DNA of 64,000 nucleotides from an uncultured delta proteobacterium. GTDB lineage: Bacteria > Desulfobacterota > Syntrophobacteria > Syntrophobacterales > Syntrophobacteraceae. The notes under the pieces are model-generated. The model did not search any database. It was not told where the DNA came from and saw nothing but the letters and a program-made list of their open reading frames with translations. Positions 43,814 to 57,095 of the stretch are shown piece after piece; position 1 is the first letter of the stretch, and each line of letters begins with the position of its first letter. The translations under genes and the position numbers were made by a program. The stretch is from NCBI GenBank assembly GCA_963808625.1, contig CAWEHK010000021.1, positions 105,511-169,510 on the forward strand. Reading direction: 5' to 3'.

Positions 43814-43938
43814 AGCCCTGCTCCACGTTCTCGGCATTTGCCGCACGGGACTGATTATGGCGAACTCAAGGCGACCGCAGTGCACCGCGCAATATGGGGT
43901 TGCACTCATTATTTTAATAACTTGCTGATGGCTATTCG

Positions 43939-43982
43939 TTGACCACTGACCACTGACCACTAGTCACTAACCACTAACCACT
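43939..43982. repeat. 7-mer tandem array (TGACCAC/TAACCAC)
   Basis: Further copies at 43090-43111 and, inverted, at 46981-47025. Confidence 0.85.
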
Positions 43983-43994
43983 GTTTTTAAATCC

Positions 43995-44618
43995 ATGGCA
44001 GAACTAATCGATCTGACGAGAAAATTTCAGAACCTGGAAAATCTCATTACCCCTGAACCCCTGGAATGGCGCCGCGGAGATTGGATCAGCGGGCACGCGC
44101 TGATGTGCACCCGGGAAGAATCGAAACGCTTCGAGGCCCATCGGCTCGAGGCTTACCAGGTCAAGGGCCACAAACATATCGGCTTCGTTCCCAACCACTT
44201 CAAACTTGACGGCGGCTGTCATTATACGGTCATGGGTCTCTTTGCCCATCGCCGGGACGAGGCAATGATGCGGCGCGTCTACTACCTTGCGGGGTTAATG
44301 GAAGGTGTGACCAACGTGCCCTCGCCCATCCTCAGAACGGACCTCCTGCGTCGGGTGTACCAGTCCATCATGGAGGAACGCGAGCACCTCGGGGTGGTCT
44401 GGCGCGGACACGTGCGCCACTTTTTGTTGCCGCTGCATACGGATTTCTACAATCCTAATCGTTTCCACCATCATGTTGCCACCGCGGCATCGCTGAAGGA
44501 CCTCTACCGGGAGGTTCGAGGCGAGACCGACGCCCAGTTTGACATTCTCGCTCAACACTATGTCTTCTATCTGCCCGAGAGCTTTCTGAACCGGGGCTTT
44601 ACCTTGGACGGCCAGTGA
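43995..44618 (+). CDS. Hypothetical protein
   Basis: 207-aa ORF co-directional with neighbours. Confidence 0.75.
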   Translation: MAELIDLTRKFQNLENLITPEPLEWRRGDWISGHALMCTREESKRFEAHRLEAYQVKGHKHIGFVPNHFKLDGGCHYTVMGLFAHRRDEAMMRRVYYLAGLMEGVTNVPSPILRTDLLRRVYQSIMEEREHLGVVWRGHVRHFLLPLHTDFYNPNRFHHHVATAASLKDLYREVRGETDAQFDILAQHYVFYLPESFLNRGFTLDGQ

Positions 44619-44663
44619 GCGCCGGACATTTGTCCGCGCGCGAGCAGGCGAGCCGGAGGCGGC

Positions 44664-45657
44664 ATGGCTAACGAGATGGTCATCGGGGTGGATTTGGGGG
44701 GGACGCACATGAGGACCGCCCTGATCGATCTCACGGGGAGCATACTGAGGCGGCGCAAAACCGCCACCGATATTTCCCTTGGCGTTCGGCAAACCACGCA
44801 AAGGTTGATTGCCGAGTGCCGAGCCCAGATGGATGCCGCCCGGCGAGCTTGGCGGCACGGTCATCGGAGTCGGCCTCGGGGTTGCGGGAAAGGTTGATCA
44901 CAAGCGGGGCTGGGTAATCTTTTCTCCCAATCTTCCGGCCATGAGAGATTACCCGTTGGGTCCTGAAGTTGAAAGCAGCCTTGGGGTTCCCGTCCTGATG
45001 GAAAACGATGCCAATGTCTTTGGCATTGGCGAAAGCTGGGTCGGGGCCGGACGAGGGATCACGAACTGGGTTGGGCTCACCCTGGGCACCGGAGTCGGGG
45101 GCTGCCTGATTCTTGACGGCAGACTCTGGAACGGGGATTGCCTGGGATTCGCTGCGGAAATCGGGCACCTGATCGTCCATCCGGAGGGACCTCGATGCGC
45201 CTGCGGTTTAAAGGGGTGTCTGGAAGCTCATGCTTCGGGCAGCGCCTTGCTCCAATTTGTGGCGGATGCCGTAACCACAGGCGCCTTGACCAGAGGGCCG
45301 CTTTATGAGCTCTGGCAGGATGGCAAACTGAGTGCCAGGGAGATCTACCAATGCTCAGTGGCCGGCGAGGCGGTGGCGCAAAAGGCGTTTGCCCGCATGG
45401 GATGGGCCTTGGGCCTGGCTCTTGCGAATCTCTTCACGGTCCTCGGTATTCGCACGGCGATTCTCGGCGGCGGCGTCAGCGCGGGGTGGGACCAGTTTAT
45501 CGAGCCGCTGCGGAAGAGCCTTGCCGAGCATTCCAGCATGCTGGTGGTGGCCGACGCGGAGATCCGGAAAAGCGCCCTGGGGGATGATGCCGCCCTGCTG
45601 GGAGCAGCGCGGCTGGCATGGCAGTGCCGTTCGAGGGACCGCATTAGTATGCGATAG
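44664..45657 (+). CDS. ROK-family sugar kinase (indel near 44840)
   Basis: GVDLGGT, ENDAN, TLGTGVGG, EIGH, CACGLKGCLE. Confidence 0.92.
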
Positions 45658-45971
45658 GTTCCCAGATGCAACATCTCGGTCCTTGTTTCTCAGCCTATCT
45701 TCTGGCATTTGGCATGGCAGTTGGTTTTTCTGTCCGGTTCAGTTTCAAGAGTTCCGCTGGGTATTAGTTTTGGGCAGGCTTTCCAGCGCCTTTAGGAATT
45801 TGGCATGCGCTGGAAATGACTCATATGGCTGGAATTTTAAAGTACCTTTGTCGTTTAGTGCCCGCTACAAATCTTCAAGCTGGATTTCCCGCAGGCCTTC
45901 GACATTCTGCGGTTCCTTGTTCGATATTCGATAGATATTCAGCTAAGTAAAAGACACTCCCGAGTGCTCCG

Positions 45972-46986
<1,015 letters not shown>

Positions 46987-47057
46987 TCAGTGGTCAGCGG
47001 GTCAGTGGTCAGTGGCTTAGTGGTTAATCGGCTAGCAGCCTGCTAGCGTGTCTCGAG

Positions 47058-49243
47058 TCAACTCCCTATGAGGCGCTCACGAAGCAGCGTGAAACGCTTC
47101 TGGATCTGGTTGTTACGCACCGCAATGGCGAGCGCTTTCTTGCTCCCCACGATCACCGCCAGCTTTCTCGCTCGGGTCATAGCGGTATAGAACAAGTTGC
47201 GCTGCAGCATCATATAATGTTGCGTCGACAACGGAAAGACCACCGCGGGATATTCGCTCCCCTGAGCCTTATGGACCGTGACCGCATAAGCCAGCATCAG
47301 TTCCTCCAGCTCCGAAAAATCATAGGTCACGATCCGTCCGTCCACCTCCACTCCGACTTCCTGGTTTTCCATATCGATTTTCCGGATGCGTCCGAGGTCC
47401 CCGTTAAAAACATCCTTGTCATAATTGTTGCGAATTTGCATGACCTTGTCGCCGATCCGAAAAACATAGCCGCCTCTTTCCAGGGATGCCCCCCGTGGGT
47501 TCAAGGCGTTCTGCAGTTCCTGGTTCAGGTTCCGGGCGCCGATTATCCCTCGATTCATCGGGGTGAGCACCTGGATGTCCTCGATCGGATCCAAACCAAA
47601 CCGCGCCGGAATGCGGTCCCTGCACAGCTTCAATATAATCTCTGAAACTCCTTCCGGCTCTTCTTTTTCAATGAAATAGAAATCCTGAGGAGCTTCCGGG
47701 TCCGTCCGCAGGCGCGGGAACTTCCCCTCTCGCACCAGATGGGCATTGATCACGATCTGGCTCTGTTGTGCCTGCCGGAAGATTTCGGTGAGCCGCGCCA
47801 CCGGAAATTTCCTGGAACTGATCGTATCCAGGAGCACGTTTCCGGGACCCACGGCGGGCAGTTGGTCCACGTCGCCAACCAGCACCAGAGTCGCATGGCT
47901 CGGGATGGCTTTGAGGAGGTGATGCATGAGGAGAATATCCAGCATCGAGGCTTCATCGACAATCACCAGGTCCGCCGTTAAGCGGCCGCTGCTCGTTGCG
48001 CTGAAATCCTCCCAGGTGCGGGCTGTACTCGAGCAGCCGATGGAGCGTGCTGGCCGGATAGCGCGTGGCTTCGCTCAAACGTTTGGCGGCCCGCCCCGTA
48101 GGCGCGGCCAGGCAGATGCGCGCATCCATCTGGCGAAAAACGGCCAGGACCGCGCGAATCGAGCGTGGTCTTTCCAGTCCCTGGCCCGCCGGTGATGATC
48201 AGGACCTTTTCCGTCAACGCCTGCCTTACCGCCTGTTCTTGCAGGGGGGCGAGTTTGAAGGGCAGCTTCTGGCGCAACCAGGTGATGGCCTTCTCGGGGT
48301 CCAGTTTGGTCTGGAAGGGAAGAAACGCTGCCAGGTGCATCAGGCGCTTCGCCACCTGCGTCTCGGCGAGATGGTAGCCGCGCAGGTACACGGCCTCGCT
48401 ATCGCCAAAGGTCTCCCCCGTTTCCGACGGCAGTTTCTCGATGATCAGACGTTGCTCCGCAGCCTGGCGCACGAGGGCTTGCTCCAGGATGTTTCGGGGG
48501 ATTTCCAGGAGCTTTTGACATTGCTCCAGAAGCCACTCTCGAGGAACACAGACATGTCCTTCTTCCGTGGCCTGGTACACCACGTAGGTCACGCCCCCTT
48601 CCGCCCGCTGCGGCGAATCCAGAGGGATGCCCAGGCGCTGGGCAATCTGGTCTGCGGTAAGAAAGCCGATCCCGGACACGTCCATGGCCAGACGATAGGG
48701 GTTTTCCTTGACGACTTCGAGTGACGCTTTGCCGTAGTGTTTGAAAATTCGCGTGGCGAAAGCTGCACTGACGCCATGGCCGCGGAGGAAGATCATGAGC
48801 TCCCGGATGTCTTTCTGGTCCTCCCAGGCTTTGCGAATCTGGTCGAGGCGATACGCGCCGATGCCATCGACCTCGAGCAGACGCTCCGGGTTGCGGTCAA
48901 TAACTTCGAGGGTGCTCGTCCCAAACCGGCTGACGATGCGCTTGGCCATAACCGGCCCGATGCCTTTGATCAGCCCGGACCCCAGATATTTCCCGATGCC
49001 CTGCACGGAATCGGGCGCCGCCGTCTCATACCGGTCCGCCTTGAACTGTTCGCCAAAGCGGGCGTGGAATCCCCAGGAACCCTCCATGCGCAGCACTTCA
49101 CCAGGAGTCACGGAGACAAAATTGCCCACGACACTGACCGGCTCTCTGCGGCCGGGGACCTTAACCTTGATGACACTGTAGCCGTTTTCTTCGTTCGTAA
49201 AGGTAATCCGTTCAACTGAACCTTGAATAATCTCGGCCATCAT
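47058..49243 (-). CDS. recD2: RecD2 helicase (indels near 48160 and 47990)
   Basis: GIGPVMA, NPYRL, GGPGTGKTT, VDEASM, GDVDQL, HKAQGSEY, YTAMTRA. Confidence 0.95.
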
Positions 49244-49485
49244 CCCCTTCCAGGTGCAGCGCTCTTCCCGCCGGAAATCGGTCTCCATGACCTTATCTGG
49301 AGAGCGAATTCTACCATTTATGCTCGGAGAATAGCCATGAATATAATTTTGACAATTGGCGGGGGCATGTTAATATGGTTCAGGATTTCCGACAGAGAAA
49401 TGGAAAGAGAGTACGTTTTCGAGACTGGAAGATTCCATGCCGGTAAGAGGCTTTTTCAACTCTATCCGAGGGGAGAGGGCGCCCG

Positions 49486-49719
49486 ATGTCGCTTTACATC
49501 AAGACTGAAGATTATCGCAAACATGGGATCAGCAAGTACTCAGATCTTGCGCTCATCCGCACCCTGGTGCAGGAGGAGCTCAAGATGGATCGGGTTTTTG
49601 TTTCGTTCGTGAACCGACACGAATACATCCGCGTTGATTTTCTGCAGCCGCGGCCGGCGCGCCGCCCCCGGAGGCGTCAGCAGCAGAAGAAAGAACTGGT
49701 TGAATCCCAGCAGGCTTGA
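49486..49719 (+). CDS. Small basic hypothetical protein
   Basis: GGAGAGG RBS, 77 aa, followed by a terminator. Confidence 0.75.
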   Translation: MSLYIKTEDYRKHGISKYSDLALIRTLVQEELKMDRVFVSFVNRHEYIRVDFLQPRPARRPRRRQQQKKELVESQQA

Positions 49720-49724
49720 AAAGC

Positions 49725-49752
49725 AGGGCGCCTTTCGGCGCCCTTTCTTTTT
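49725..49752 (+). terminator. Rho-independent terminator
   Basis: agggcgcc-tttc-ggcgccct plus ttcttttt. Confidence 0.8.
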
Positions 49753-49874
49753 GGAAAAAGCTTCGTGCCGCTCAAACAAACCACAACATCATCCGAACCC
49801 GCCCCAACCCCTGAAAACCATACCCCATAGACGGCGCATCGGCGTGCGGCAGCGTCTCATCAAAGACTTCAGCA

Positions 49875-50849
49875 TCACACCTCGATCAGGCTCTCCTGCA
49901 GCAGATCGATATCGGCAATCTCTTCTTCCAGATAGGCCTTGAGCTTCTTTTTCAGGCGGCTCTCGAGCTGGCGGACGCGTTCGCGGCTGATGCCGAACCG
50001 GTCGCCGATTTCCTGGAGGGTCATCGGTTCATCGGTGAGCAGGCGCTGGTCAAAGATGACCGCTTCCTTGCCCTTCAATTGCTCGCGAAAGAGCATCAAT
50101 TTATCATGGAGAATGGCCTTCGCCTCCCGATCTGCAAGTTGGTCGTCCACCGGCAGGTCATCCGAGGGGAGGAAGGATTTGTGAGTGTCTTCCGAATCTT
50201 CTTTCAGGGGGCTATCGAGAGAAATCTCCCAACTGTTGAGCCGTTGGTCCATTTCGATAATTTCCGACTCCTTGACGTCCAGCCGATGGCTCAACAACTT
50301 TGGAGAAGCTTCAATCCCCTGCGCTTCCAGGCGTTCCTTCTCTTTTCGCAGATTAAAAAAGAGCTTGCGCTGGGCCTGGGTGGTGCCGATCTTCACCAAT
50401 TTCCAGTTATCCATAACGAATTTGATAACGTAGGCTTTGATCCAGAACGAAGCGTAATAGGAGAACTTGTAGCCCCGGTAGGGATCGAACTTCTTTGCCG
50501 CCTGCATCAGCCCGACATTCCCCTCCTGGATCAGGTCCATGAGGTTCTGCATCCAATAGCGCTGGAAATCCATGGCGATCTTCACCACCAGCCTCAGATT
50601 GGCGGTAATGAGCCGGTAGCCCGCTTCCGTGTCATGCTTTTCGCGGTATCGTATCGCCAGTTCGCGCTCTTCTTCGCGACTCAGCAGGGGATACCTCTTG
50701 ATCTCGTCCAGGTAGAGGCGAAAGGGGTCCAACGACACCAGGTGGGGCCGCTCCGGTGGGGCGACGACCGGGATTGGTGCCTCCTGCCCGTCCCCCTCGA
50801 AGGCCCTTTCTTCTTCCTCAAGATCATTCGTCTCAGGACTGATACTCAT
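49875..50849 (-). CDS. rpoH: RNA polymerase sigma-32-type factor
   Basis: NLRLVVKIA, DLIQEGN, RpoH box TQAQRKLFFNLR, ISRERVRQ. Confidence 0.93.
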   Translation of the reverse strand: MSISPETNDLEEEERAFEGDGQEAPIPVVAPPERPHLVSLDPFRLYLDEIKRYPLLSREEERELAIRYREKHDTEAGYRLITANLRLVVKIAMDFQRYWMQNLMDLIQEGNVGLMQAAKKFDPYRGYKFSYYASFWIKAYVIKFVMDNWKLVKIGTTQAQRKLFFNLRKEKERLEAQGIEASPKLLSHRLDVKESEIIEMDQRLNSWEISLDSPLKEDSEDTHKSFLPSDDLPVDDQLADREAKAILHDKLMLFREQLKGKEAVIFDQRLLTDEPMTLQEIGDRFGISRERVRQLESRLKKKLKAYLEEEIADIDLLQESLIEV

Positions 50850-51100
50850 AACAAAATTTGACCTCACTCAGTGGGCGAACCACGCATGGCCGAGAACATC
50901 TCTTATGGCATTCCGCAGCAGCCGGTGCCGCCTCCAATTTGGAGTTCGCTGAATAACAAATACTATTATACCCGCCGGAGCAATACAAGATCAAAACGGG
51001 AAAGTTTCTTGAGCCACGATACAGAAAGTCGTTGCCTTTTCGGCGTCGATTGAATATAGGGGAAGCAAAGTTTGAAAAGAAGGGGCTGTTATTTTTATCA

Positions 51101-52249
51101 ATGTCCAAGACCTCATCAGCAGACACGACTAAACTCAGCGTACCAGAACATATTGCCAGTTTGGTTCCGTATCCACCCGGAAAACCTTTGGAGGAACTGG
51201 AACGCGAATACGGTATTAGCGGCTCGATCAAGCTGGCCAGCAACGAAAATCCACTGGGACCTTCCCCGCTGGCGGTTGCCGCCATGGGCAAAGCCCTCAA
51301 CGGCCTCCATCGCTATCCCGACGGCAGTGGTTATTATTTGCGCAAGCGGCTGAGCGAGAAGTTCCTGCTGCCGTTTGACGGCATCGTTCTGGGCAATGGC
51401 TCCAACGAGATCATCGAACTTGTCATCCGCACGTTTCTGGTGTCGCAGGACGAGGTCATTCTGCCGGCGCCTTCCTTCCTGGTCTATCAGTTGGCAGTCC
51501 AGACGATGGGGGCAAAAGCGGTGGCAATCCCCCTCAAGGATTTCACCATCGATCTGGCACGAACCATCGAAGCCGTCACCCCGCGCACGAAACTCATTTT
51601 CATCAACAACCCGAACAATCCCACCGGAACCATCGTCAGGAAGGCGGCTTTTGATTCCTTCCTGGAGGCCATCCCGCCGCATATTATCGTGGTGCTGGAC
51701 GAGGCCTACATTGAATTTGTCAAGGACGGGGACACTCCCCGTGGATTTGACTATGTCCACCGGCCCGGCCCCCATGTCGTCGTCGCCAGGACCTTCAGCA
51801 AAGCCCATGGACTGGCCGGGCTGCGGATCGGCTACGGGGTGATGGAACCCGCCGTGGCGGACTATCTGCACCGGGTGAGGCAGCCGTTTAATACCGGCAC
51901 GCTCGCTCAGGTCGCGGCACTGGCAGCCCTCGATGATGAGGAGTTCCTGCGCAGGACCCAGAAAACGGTCGCCGAAGGGTTGGATTTCCTCTACCGCGAA
52001 ATCGGACGATTGGGCTTGAACACCGTGCCGACTCAGGCCAATTTCTTCCTCATTGAAGTCCCGGCCGACGCCAAGATCATTTTCGAAGCGATGCTGCGCC
52101 AGGGGGTCATCGTGCGCGCCATGAATTCCTACGGGATGCCAAACTATATTCGCGTCAATGCCGGTTTGCCCGAAGAAAACGAGAGGTTCATAAGGGCTCT
52201 TGGCCGTACCCTCCAGGAGCTGCCGGAGTCGCCTTGCCCGACGCCATGA
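51101..52249 (+). CDS. hisC: Histidinol-phosphate aminotransferase
   Basis: KLASNENPLG, YPD, GNGSNE, NPNNPTG, DEAY, RTFSK..GLAGLRIG. Confidence 0.96.
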   Translation: MSKTSSADTTKLSVPEHIASLVPYPPGKPLEELEREYGISGSIKLASNENPLGPSPLAVAAMGKALNGLHRYPDGSGYYLRKRLSEKFLLPFDGIVLGNGSNEIIELVIRTFLVSQDEVILPAPSFLVYQLAVQTMGAKAVAIPLKDFTIDLARTIEAVTPRTKLIFINNPNNPTGTIVRKAAFDSFLEAIPPHIIVVLDEAYIEFVKDGDTPRGFDYVHRPGPHVVVARTFSKAHGLAGLRIGYGVMEPAVADYLHRVRQPFNTGTLAQVAALAALDDEEFLRRTQKTVAEGLDFLYREIGRLGLNTVPTQANFFLIEVPADAKIIFEAMLRQGVIVRAMNSYGMPNYIRVNAGLPEENERFIRALGRTLQELPESPCPTP

Positions 52250-52933
52250 TTGTTGCCATCGATGGCCCGGCGGGGGCCGGTAAAAGCACGGTGTGCAAGC
52301 TGCTGGCCGAACGCCTCGGGTACACCTATCTCGACACCGGGGCCATGTACCGGGCGGTGGCGTGGGCCGCCACGGCAGAGCACCTGAACCTTGACGATGA
52401 AGGCGAAATCGCCGGGCGTCTCACCTTGCTGCCTCTTCGCTTCGTGATCGAAAACGGCGCTCTGAGCATCTATTATGGGGAAAGAAGATTGGACGACGAG
52501 CTTCGCCCGCCGGAGATAACCGCACGCGCTTCCCGAATTTCTCAACTCAAGTGTGTCCGAGACTTTCTGACCCGCTGCCCAGCGGCAGTTGGGCGAAAGG
52601 GGCCGCATCGTGGCGGAAGGCCGTGATATGACGACGGTGGTGTTCCCGGATGCGGCGATCAGGGTTTTCCTGACCGCGGACCTCAAGGCGCGAACGGAAA
52701 GACGCCTCCTCGAGTATCGCAGCAAAGGCATCCGCTCGGATCGCGCCACTCTGGAAGCGCAGATCAGGGCCCGGGATGAGGCTGATGAGCAGCGCGCACT
52801 CGCCCCGCTGCGCCCGGTTCCGGGCGTTTGCGTCGTGGATACTTCCCGGATGAACATTGCTGAGGTTGTGACCCATCTGCTGGCCATGATCCTTCCGGCA
52901 ACTGCAGGGCAAGACCCATCAATCCAGGCTTGA
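52246..52933 (+). CDS. cmk: Cytidylate kinase (indel near 52579)
   Basis: AIDGPAGAGKS, YLDTGAMYR, EGRDMTTVVFPDA. Confidence 0.95.
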
Positions 52934-53032
52934 GCGATAATTTTCGGATTGTTGTTAGCATCATATTTTGTTAGCATTACGCTCTAATCAAATTGGCAGG
53001 GGCCAAAATCGGACAAGGGGGTAACTAATTCA

Positions 53033-54826
53033 ATGGTTGACAAAGATGAAATGAAACAGGAAGAGATGGTTCCAGTGCCGGCATCGGAACCGTCGCAAGC
53101 AGACGAAGGTGCATTTGAAGCTGATCTTGAAGACGTCGACTCGATGCAGGTTCTTTACGATCAGAGCTTTCAAAATATCCAGGAGGGGGAGGTTATCCGC
53201 GGGCGGATCGTCCAGGTCAGTGATGACTTTGTGATGGTAGACATTGGTTACAAGTCGGAAGGCCAGATCTCGGTTACGGAGTTCAGGGACGAACAAGGCG
53301 ACATACAGGCTTTGGTCGGCGATGAAGTTGATGTGCTGCTGGAATACCATGACGATGAAGATGGTACGATTCATCTTTCCAAGGAAAAAGCGGCAAAAAT
53401 CAAGATCTGGGATGATATCAGCAGGATTTACAACGATGACGGCATCATCGAGGGCAAGGTCGTATCCAAGGTCAAAGGGGGGCTTGCTGTCGATATCGGA
53501 GTGCAGGCCTTTCTCCCGGGTTCCCAGGTCGATCTGCGACCAATCCGCAACCTCGAATCACTCCTGGGTCAGGTCTTCCCCTTCAAGGTCCTGAAGTACA
53601 ACAAAAAGCGCCGCAACGTCGTGCTTTCGCGGCGGGCGATCCTGGAGAAGGAACGCGAGCACCTGAAATATCAGACCCTGGCCAACCTCGAGGACAACAA
53701 GGTGGTCGAGGGGATCGTCAAGAACATTACCGATTACGGCGTGTTTGTGGATCTCGGGGGCATTGACGGGCTGCTGCACATCACCGATATGAGCTGGGGC
53801 CGTGTCGGGCATCCTTCCGAACTGTTCCAGATGGGGGATAACATCAAGGTCATGGTGCTCAGCTTCGACCGCGAGAACGAACGGGTTTCGCTGGGGTTGA
53901 AGCAGCTGGTGGCTGATCCCTGGACGAAGGCCCAGGAAAAGTACCCGGTAGGGACCCAGGTGAAGGGTCGCGTGGTCAGTCTTACGGACTACGGGGCATT
54001 CGTGGAAATCGAAGAGGGCGTAGAAGGGCTCATTCACGTTTCCGAAATGTCGTGGACCAAGAAGATTCGCCACCCCTCGAAGGTGCTCAGTGTCGGCGAC
54101 GAAGTCGAAGCCGTGGTGCTCAGCATCAACCCCGACAACAAGCGCATCTCACTCGGCATGAAACAGCTCGAACCCAATCCCTGGGACATCATTGCTCATA
54201 AGTACCCCGTGGGCACAACCATTGCCGGAAAAATCAAGAACATTACGGATTTCGGGGTATTCATCGGCATTGATGAAGGGATCGACGGGCTGGTTCACAT
54301 TTCCGACATTTCGTGGACGAAGCGCATCAAACACCCGTCGGAAGTCTACAAGAAGAACCAGGAAGTCCAGGCCATCGTCCTTAACATTGACCGGGAAAAT
54401 GAACGCTTTTCGCTGGGGATCAAGCAACTGGAACCGGACCCCTGGGAGAGTATCCCGCAGCGCTATCCGCTGGGTGCCGTCATCGCCGGCCCGGTGACCA
54501 ATGTGACGGATTTTGGGCTCTTCGTCGAGCTTGAGGAAGGCATCGAAGGCCTGGTGCATGTTTCTGAAATCAGCAAGGAAAAAATCAAGTCGCCGGTGGG
54601 GCAATACAAAACCGGCGACCGCGTCAACGCCAAAGTGATCAATATTTCTCCCAAGGATCGCAAGATCGGACTCTCCATCAAGAAGGTGCAGGAACAGGAA
54701 GAACGCACCAACTATGAAGAGTATGTCGACAGCGCCAAGGCGGCGACTTCGAACCTCGGGGAATTGTTAAAAGAAGAGATGGAGGCCCGGGCAACCAATG
54801 CCGTGCCTGCGGACAAGGCTCAATAG
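53033..54826 (+). CDS. rpsA: 30S ribosomal protein S1
   Basis: Six S1 repeats (DIGYKSEG, AFLPGSQVD, DGLLHITDMSW). Confidence 0.99.
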   Translation: MVDKDEMKQEEMVPVPASEPSQADEGAFEADLEDVDSMQVLYDQSFQNIQEGEVIRGRIVQVSDDFVMVDIGYKSEGQISVTEFRDEQGDIQALVGDEVDVLLEYHDDEDGTIHLSKEKAAKIKIWDDISRIYNDDGIIEGKVVSKVKGGLAVDIGVQAFLPGSQVDLRPIRNLESLLGQVFPFKVLKYNKKRRNVVLSRRAILEKEREHLKYQTLANLEDNKVVEGIVKNITDYGVFVDLGGIDGLLHITDMSWGRVGHPSELFQMGDNIKVMVLSFDRENERVSLGLKQLVADPWTKAQEKYPVGTQVKGRVVSLTDYGAFVEIEEGVEGLIHVSEMSWTKKIRHPSKVLSVGDEVEAVVLSINPDNKRISLGMKQLEPNPWDIIAHKYPVGTTIAGKIKNITDFGVFIGIDEGIDGLVHISDISWTKRIKHPSEVYKKNQEVQAIVLNIDRENERFSLGIKQLEPDPWESIPQRYPLGAVIAGPVTNVTDFGLFVELEEGIEGLVHVSEISKEKIKSPVGQYKTGDRVNAKVINISPKDRKIGLSIKKVQEQEERTNYEEYVDSAKAATSNLGELLKEEMEARATNAVPADKAQ

Positions 54827-54909
54827 GCAATCGCCCGCCCATCTTGCGAAAGTGCTCACCCGGCTCATGCTGACTTGCGTAAGCCGGGTGATTAGTTTTG
54901 GAAACGCTT

Positions 54910-55779
54910 ATGAGACGCTTCTTTTTGTTCCTGATCTCGGTGTTCCTGGTGGTCTTCATCGGCTTTCTGGTGTGGCTGGTGATCCCCGAACAGTTTTTCG
55001 CCAGCCCCAACCGAATTGGGGTCATAGAAGTGCGTGGTGTGATCGATAATGTTCAGGATTCCCTGAAAGCGATCAAAGAATTTCGCAAAGACCCGAACGT
55101 CAAATGCATCCTGGTACGCATCGAGTCCCCGGGCGGCGGCATCGGCGCCTCGCAGGAGCTTTACCGGGAGATCCGGCGAACTATCGAGGAGAAGCCCGTG
55201 GTGGCCTCGCTCGGGGGGATTGCCGCCTCGGGGGGCTATTATGCCGCGTCGGCTGCCAACCGCATTGTTGCCAACCCGGGCACGATTACGGGAAGCATCG
55301 GAGTGATCAGCTACTTCCCCAACCTTCGGGAGCTTCTCGACAAACTCGGCATCAGCGCGACGATCATCAAAAGCGGTCGCTTCAAGGATACCGGTAATCC
55401 GGACCGGGAAATGACGCAGGAAGAGAAAGACCTCCTGCAGGCAACCATGGATCAAGCCCACCGCCAGTTCATTCGAGATGTTGCACGCGGGCGCAATCTG
55501 TCGGAAGAAAAGGTCCGTGACGTTGCCGACGGCCGGATTATCATGGGAGAAACCGCGCAACAACTGGGACTGGTGGATGAACTGGGGAATTTTGAGGATG
55601 CCGTGAAGGCCGCAGCCGTATTGGGCATGATTGAGGGAGACCCCGATCTCATTTATGCAAAGAAAAAGCGACGCTCGCTGCTGGATTTTCTCATCGGCAG
55701 TGAAATGAGCGAGCAAATCGCCGGCTATGTGAACGGTTCCGTGAACTTCTTGCGTTATCAGGCGCCCTATTTGCCGTAA
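54910..55779 (+). CDS. sppA: Signal peptide peptidase SppA (36K type)
   Basis: IESPGG, AASGGYY, TGSIGVI, GLVDELG. Confidence 0.95.
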   Translation: MRRFFLFLISVFLVVFIGFLVWLVIPEQFFASPNRIGVIEVRGVIDNVQDSLKAIKEFRKDPNVKCILVRIESPGGGIGASQELYREIRRTIEEKPVVASLGGIAASGGYYAASAANRIVANPGTITGSIGVISYFPNLRELLDKLGISATIIKSGRFKDTGNPDREMTQEEKDLLQATMDQAHRQFIRDVARGRNLSEEKVRDVADGRIIMGETAQQLGLVDELGNFEDAVKAAAVLGMIEGDPDLIYAKKKRRSLLDFLIGSEMSEQIAGYVNGSVNFLRYQAPYLP

Positions 55780-56290
55780 GACTTCCCCAGGAAGGACCTC
55801 TGGGATTATGGCATGGTGAGGACACTCGTGTTTCTCCCCCCTGGTTATGCCTGCTGGAGGAAAATCAACAGGCCGGTGATGCGCGGTGGTTCAATAAGTT
55901 TTTGTGCTACGACTCAACGCTGATTACTCCGTACCATTCTTGTTGCCGCTTTTGGTCTGCCCTTCCTGCATGAGAACTCCCCCGCCAGGGGCTGACCAGT
56001 GGATGCCCGGCGAGCATGGCCGGTAATGTCTGAAAAGGTCGGCAGCCCCATCATATAGCACTAAAGTTGTATTGTGTCCGCGCGCTTGCTGTCTTATCTT
56101 TGTGTGTGTAAATGCTGAGGGTCCGGGTGGCGTAAGCGATTTATGGTGTATCTGTGTGCTGACGGCCTTGACTGTGAGCATTGGGTGCAGCAGAAGAAGC
56201 CAGCTAAACAAAACATTCTTTCGTACCTGGCCCTGACAGTGGCCGTGCGCCGAGAGAAACGCAAACATCAAAGGAAAGGAAGGGGTCGCG

Positions 56291-56854
56291 ATGAAGAACA
56301 ACAAGTTGTTGAAGGCTTTTACAGTGACTTTGTGTCTTGTGTTGGCATTGGCTTTTTCCTGCACTGAGTCTTTTGCCATAACCAAGGGTGAAATGAACGC
56401 CAGTGTCAAGGCGGCTCTGGACCGCTTCAAGAAGGAAGTGAAGGGGGCTCCGGAATACCTGAAGGCTGCCAAGGGCGTGCTGATTATGCCCAACATCACC
56501 AAAGCCGGGTTTATCGTGGGGGCTCAATACGGCACCGGGGCCCTCCAGGTTGGCGGCAAGACCCTCGCCTACTACAGCCTCGCGGGAGGTTCCCTGGGAT
56601 TTCAGGCGGGTGCCGAGAAATACGACATGGTCATTCTGTTCATGACCAATGAAGCCCTGAAGAAATTTCGTGACAGCAAAGGCTGGGAAGCGGGTGTCGA
56701 TGCGGAAGTGACCCTGGTTACCGTCGGCGCCGATGCCACGGTAGAGACCTTGCGCAGCCAGTCGCCCGTCGTTGGTTTCGTGTTTGACCAGAAAGGTTTG
56801 ATGGGCGGTGTGTCCATCAAGGGCGCAAAGTTTACCAGAACCAACCTGAAATGA
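56291..56854 (+). CDS. Secreted YSC84/SYLF-related lipid-binding protein
   Basis: AKGVLIMP..KAGFIVGAQYGTG, GSLGFQAG, GLMGGVSIKG. Confidence 0.85.
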   Translation: MKNNKLLKAFTVTLCLVLALAFSCTESFAITKGEMNASVKAALDRFKKEVKGAPEYLKAAKGVLIMPNITKAGFIVGAQYGTGALQVGGKTLAYYSLAGGSLGFQAGAEKYDMVILFMTNEALKKFRDSKGWEAGVDAEVTLVTVGADATVETLRSQSPVVGFVFDQKGLMGGVSIKGAKFTRTNLK

Positions 56855-57095
56855 TCTGTGGATGCATGTGGGGAGCATCTGGGCCTCGCTGACGAAGATG
56901 CGCCCGCGCTGCCTCGGGAACGAAGCTTGAGGCGGCAAGGGCGCGTGGTTGCAACTGACATCGGGGTTCAGGACCCTGTACCGTGCGTCGAGCATGGCTG
57001 GACAAGGCTGGCAGCGAAGTCAGCGCCGCAATTCCGCGCGCAGCATCAGCGCGGAACATACCGGATTACGACTGCTTAAGACGGGAGGGTGAGTA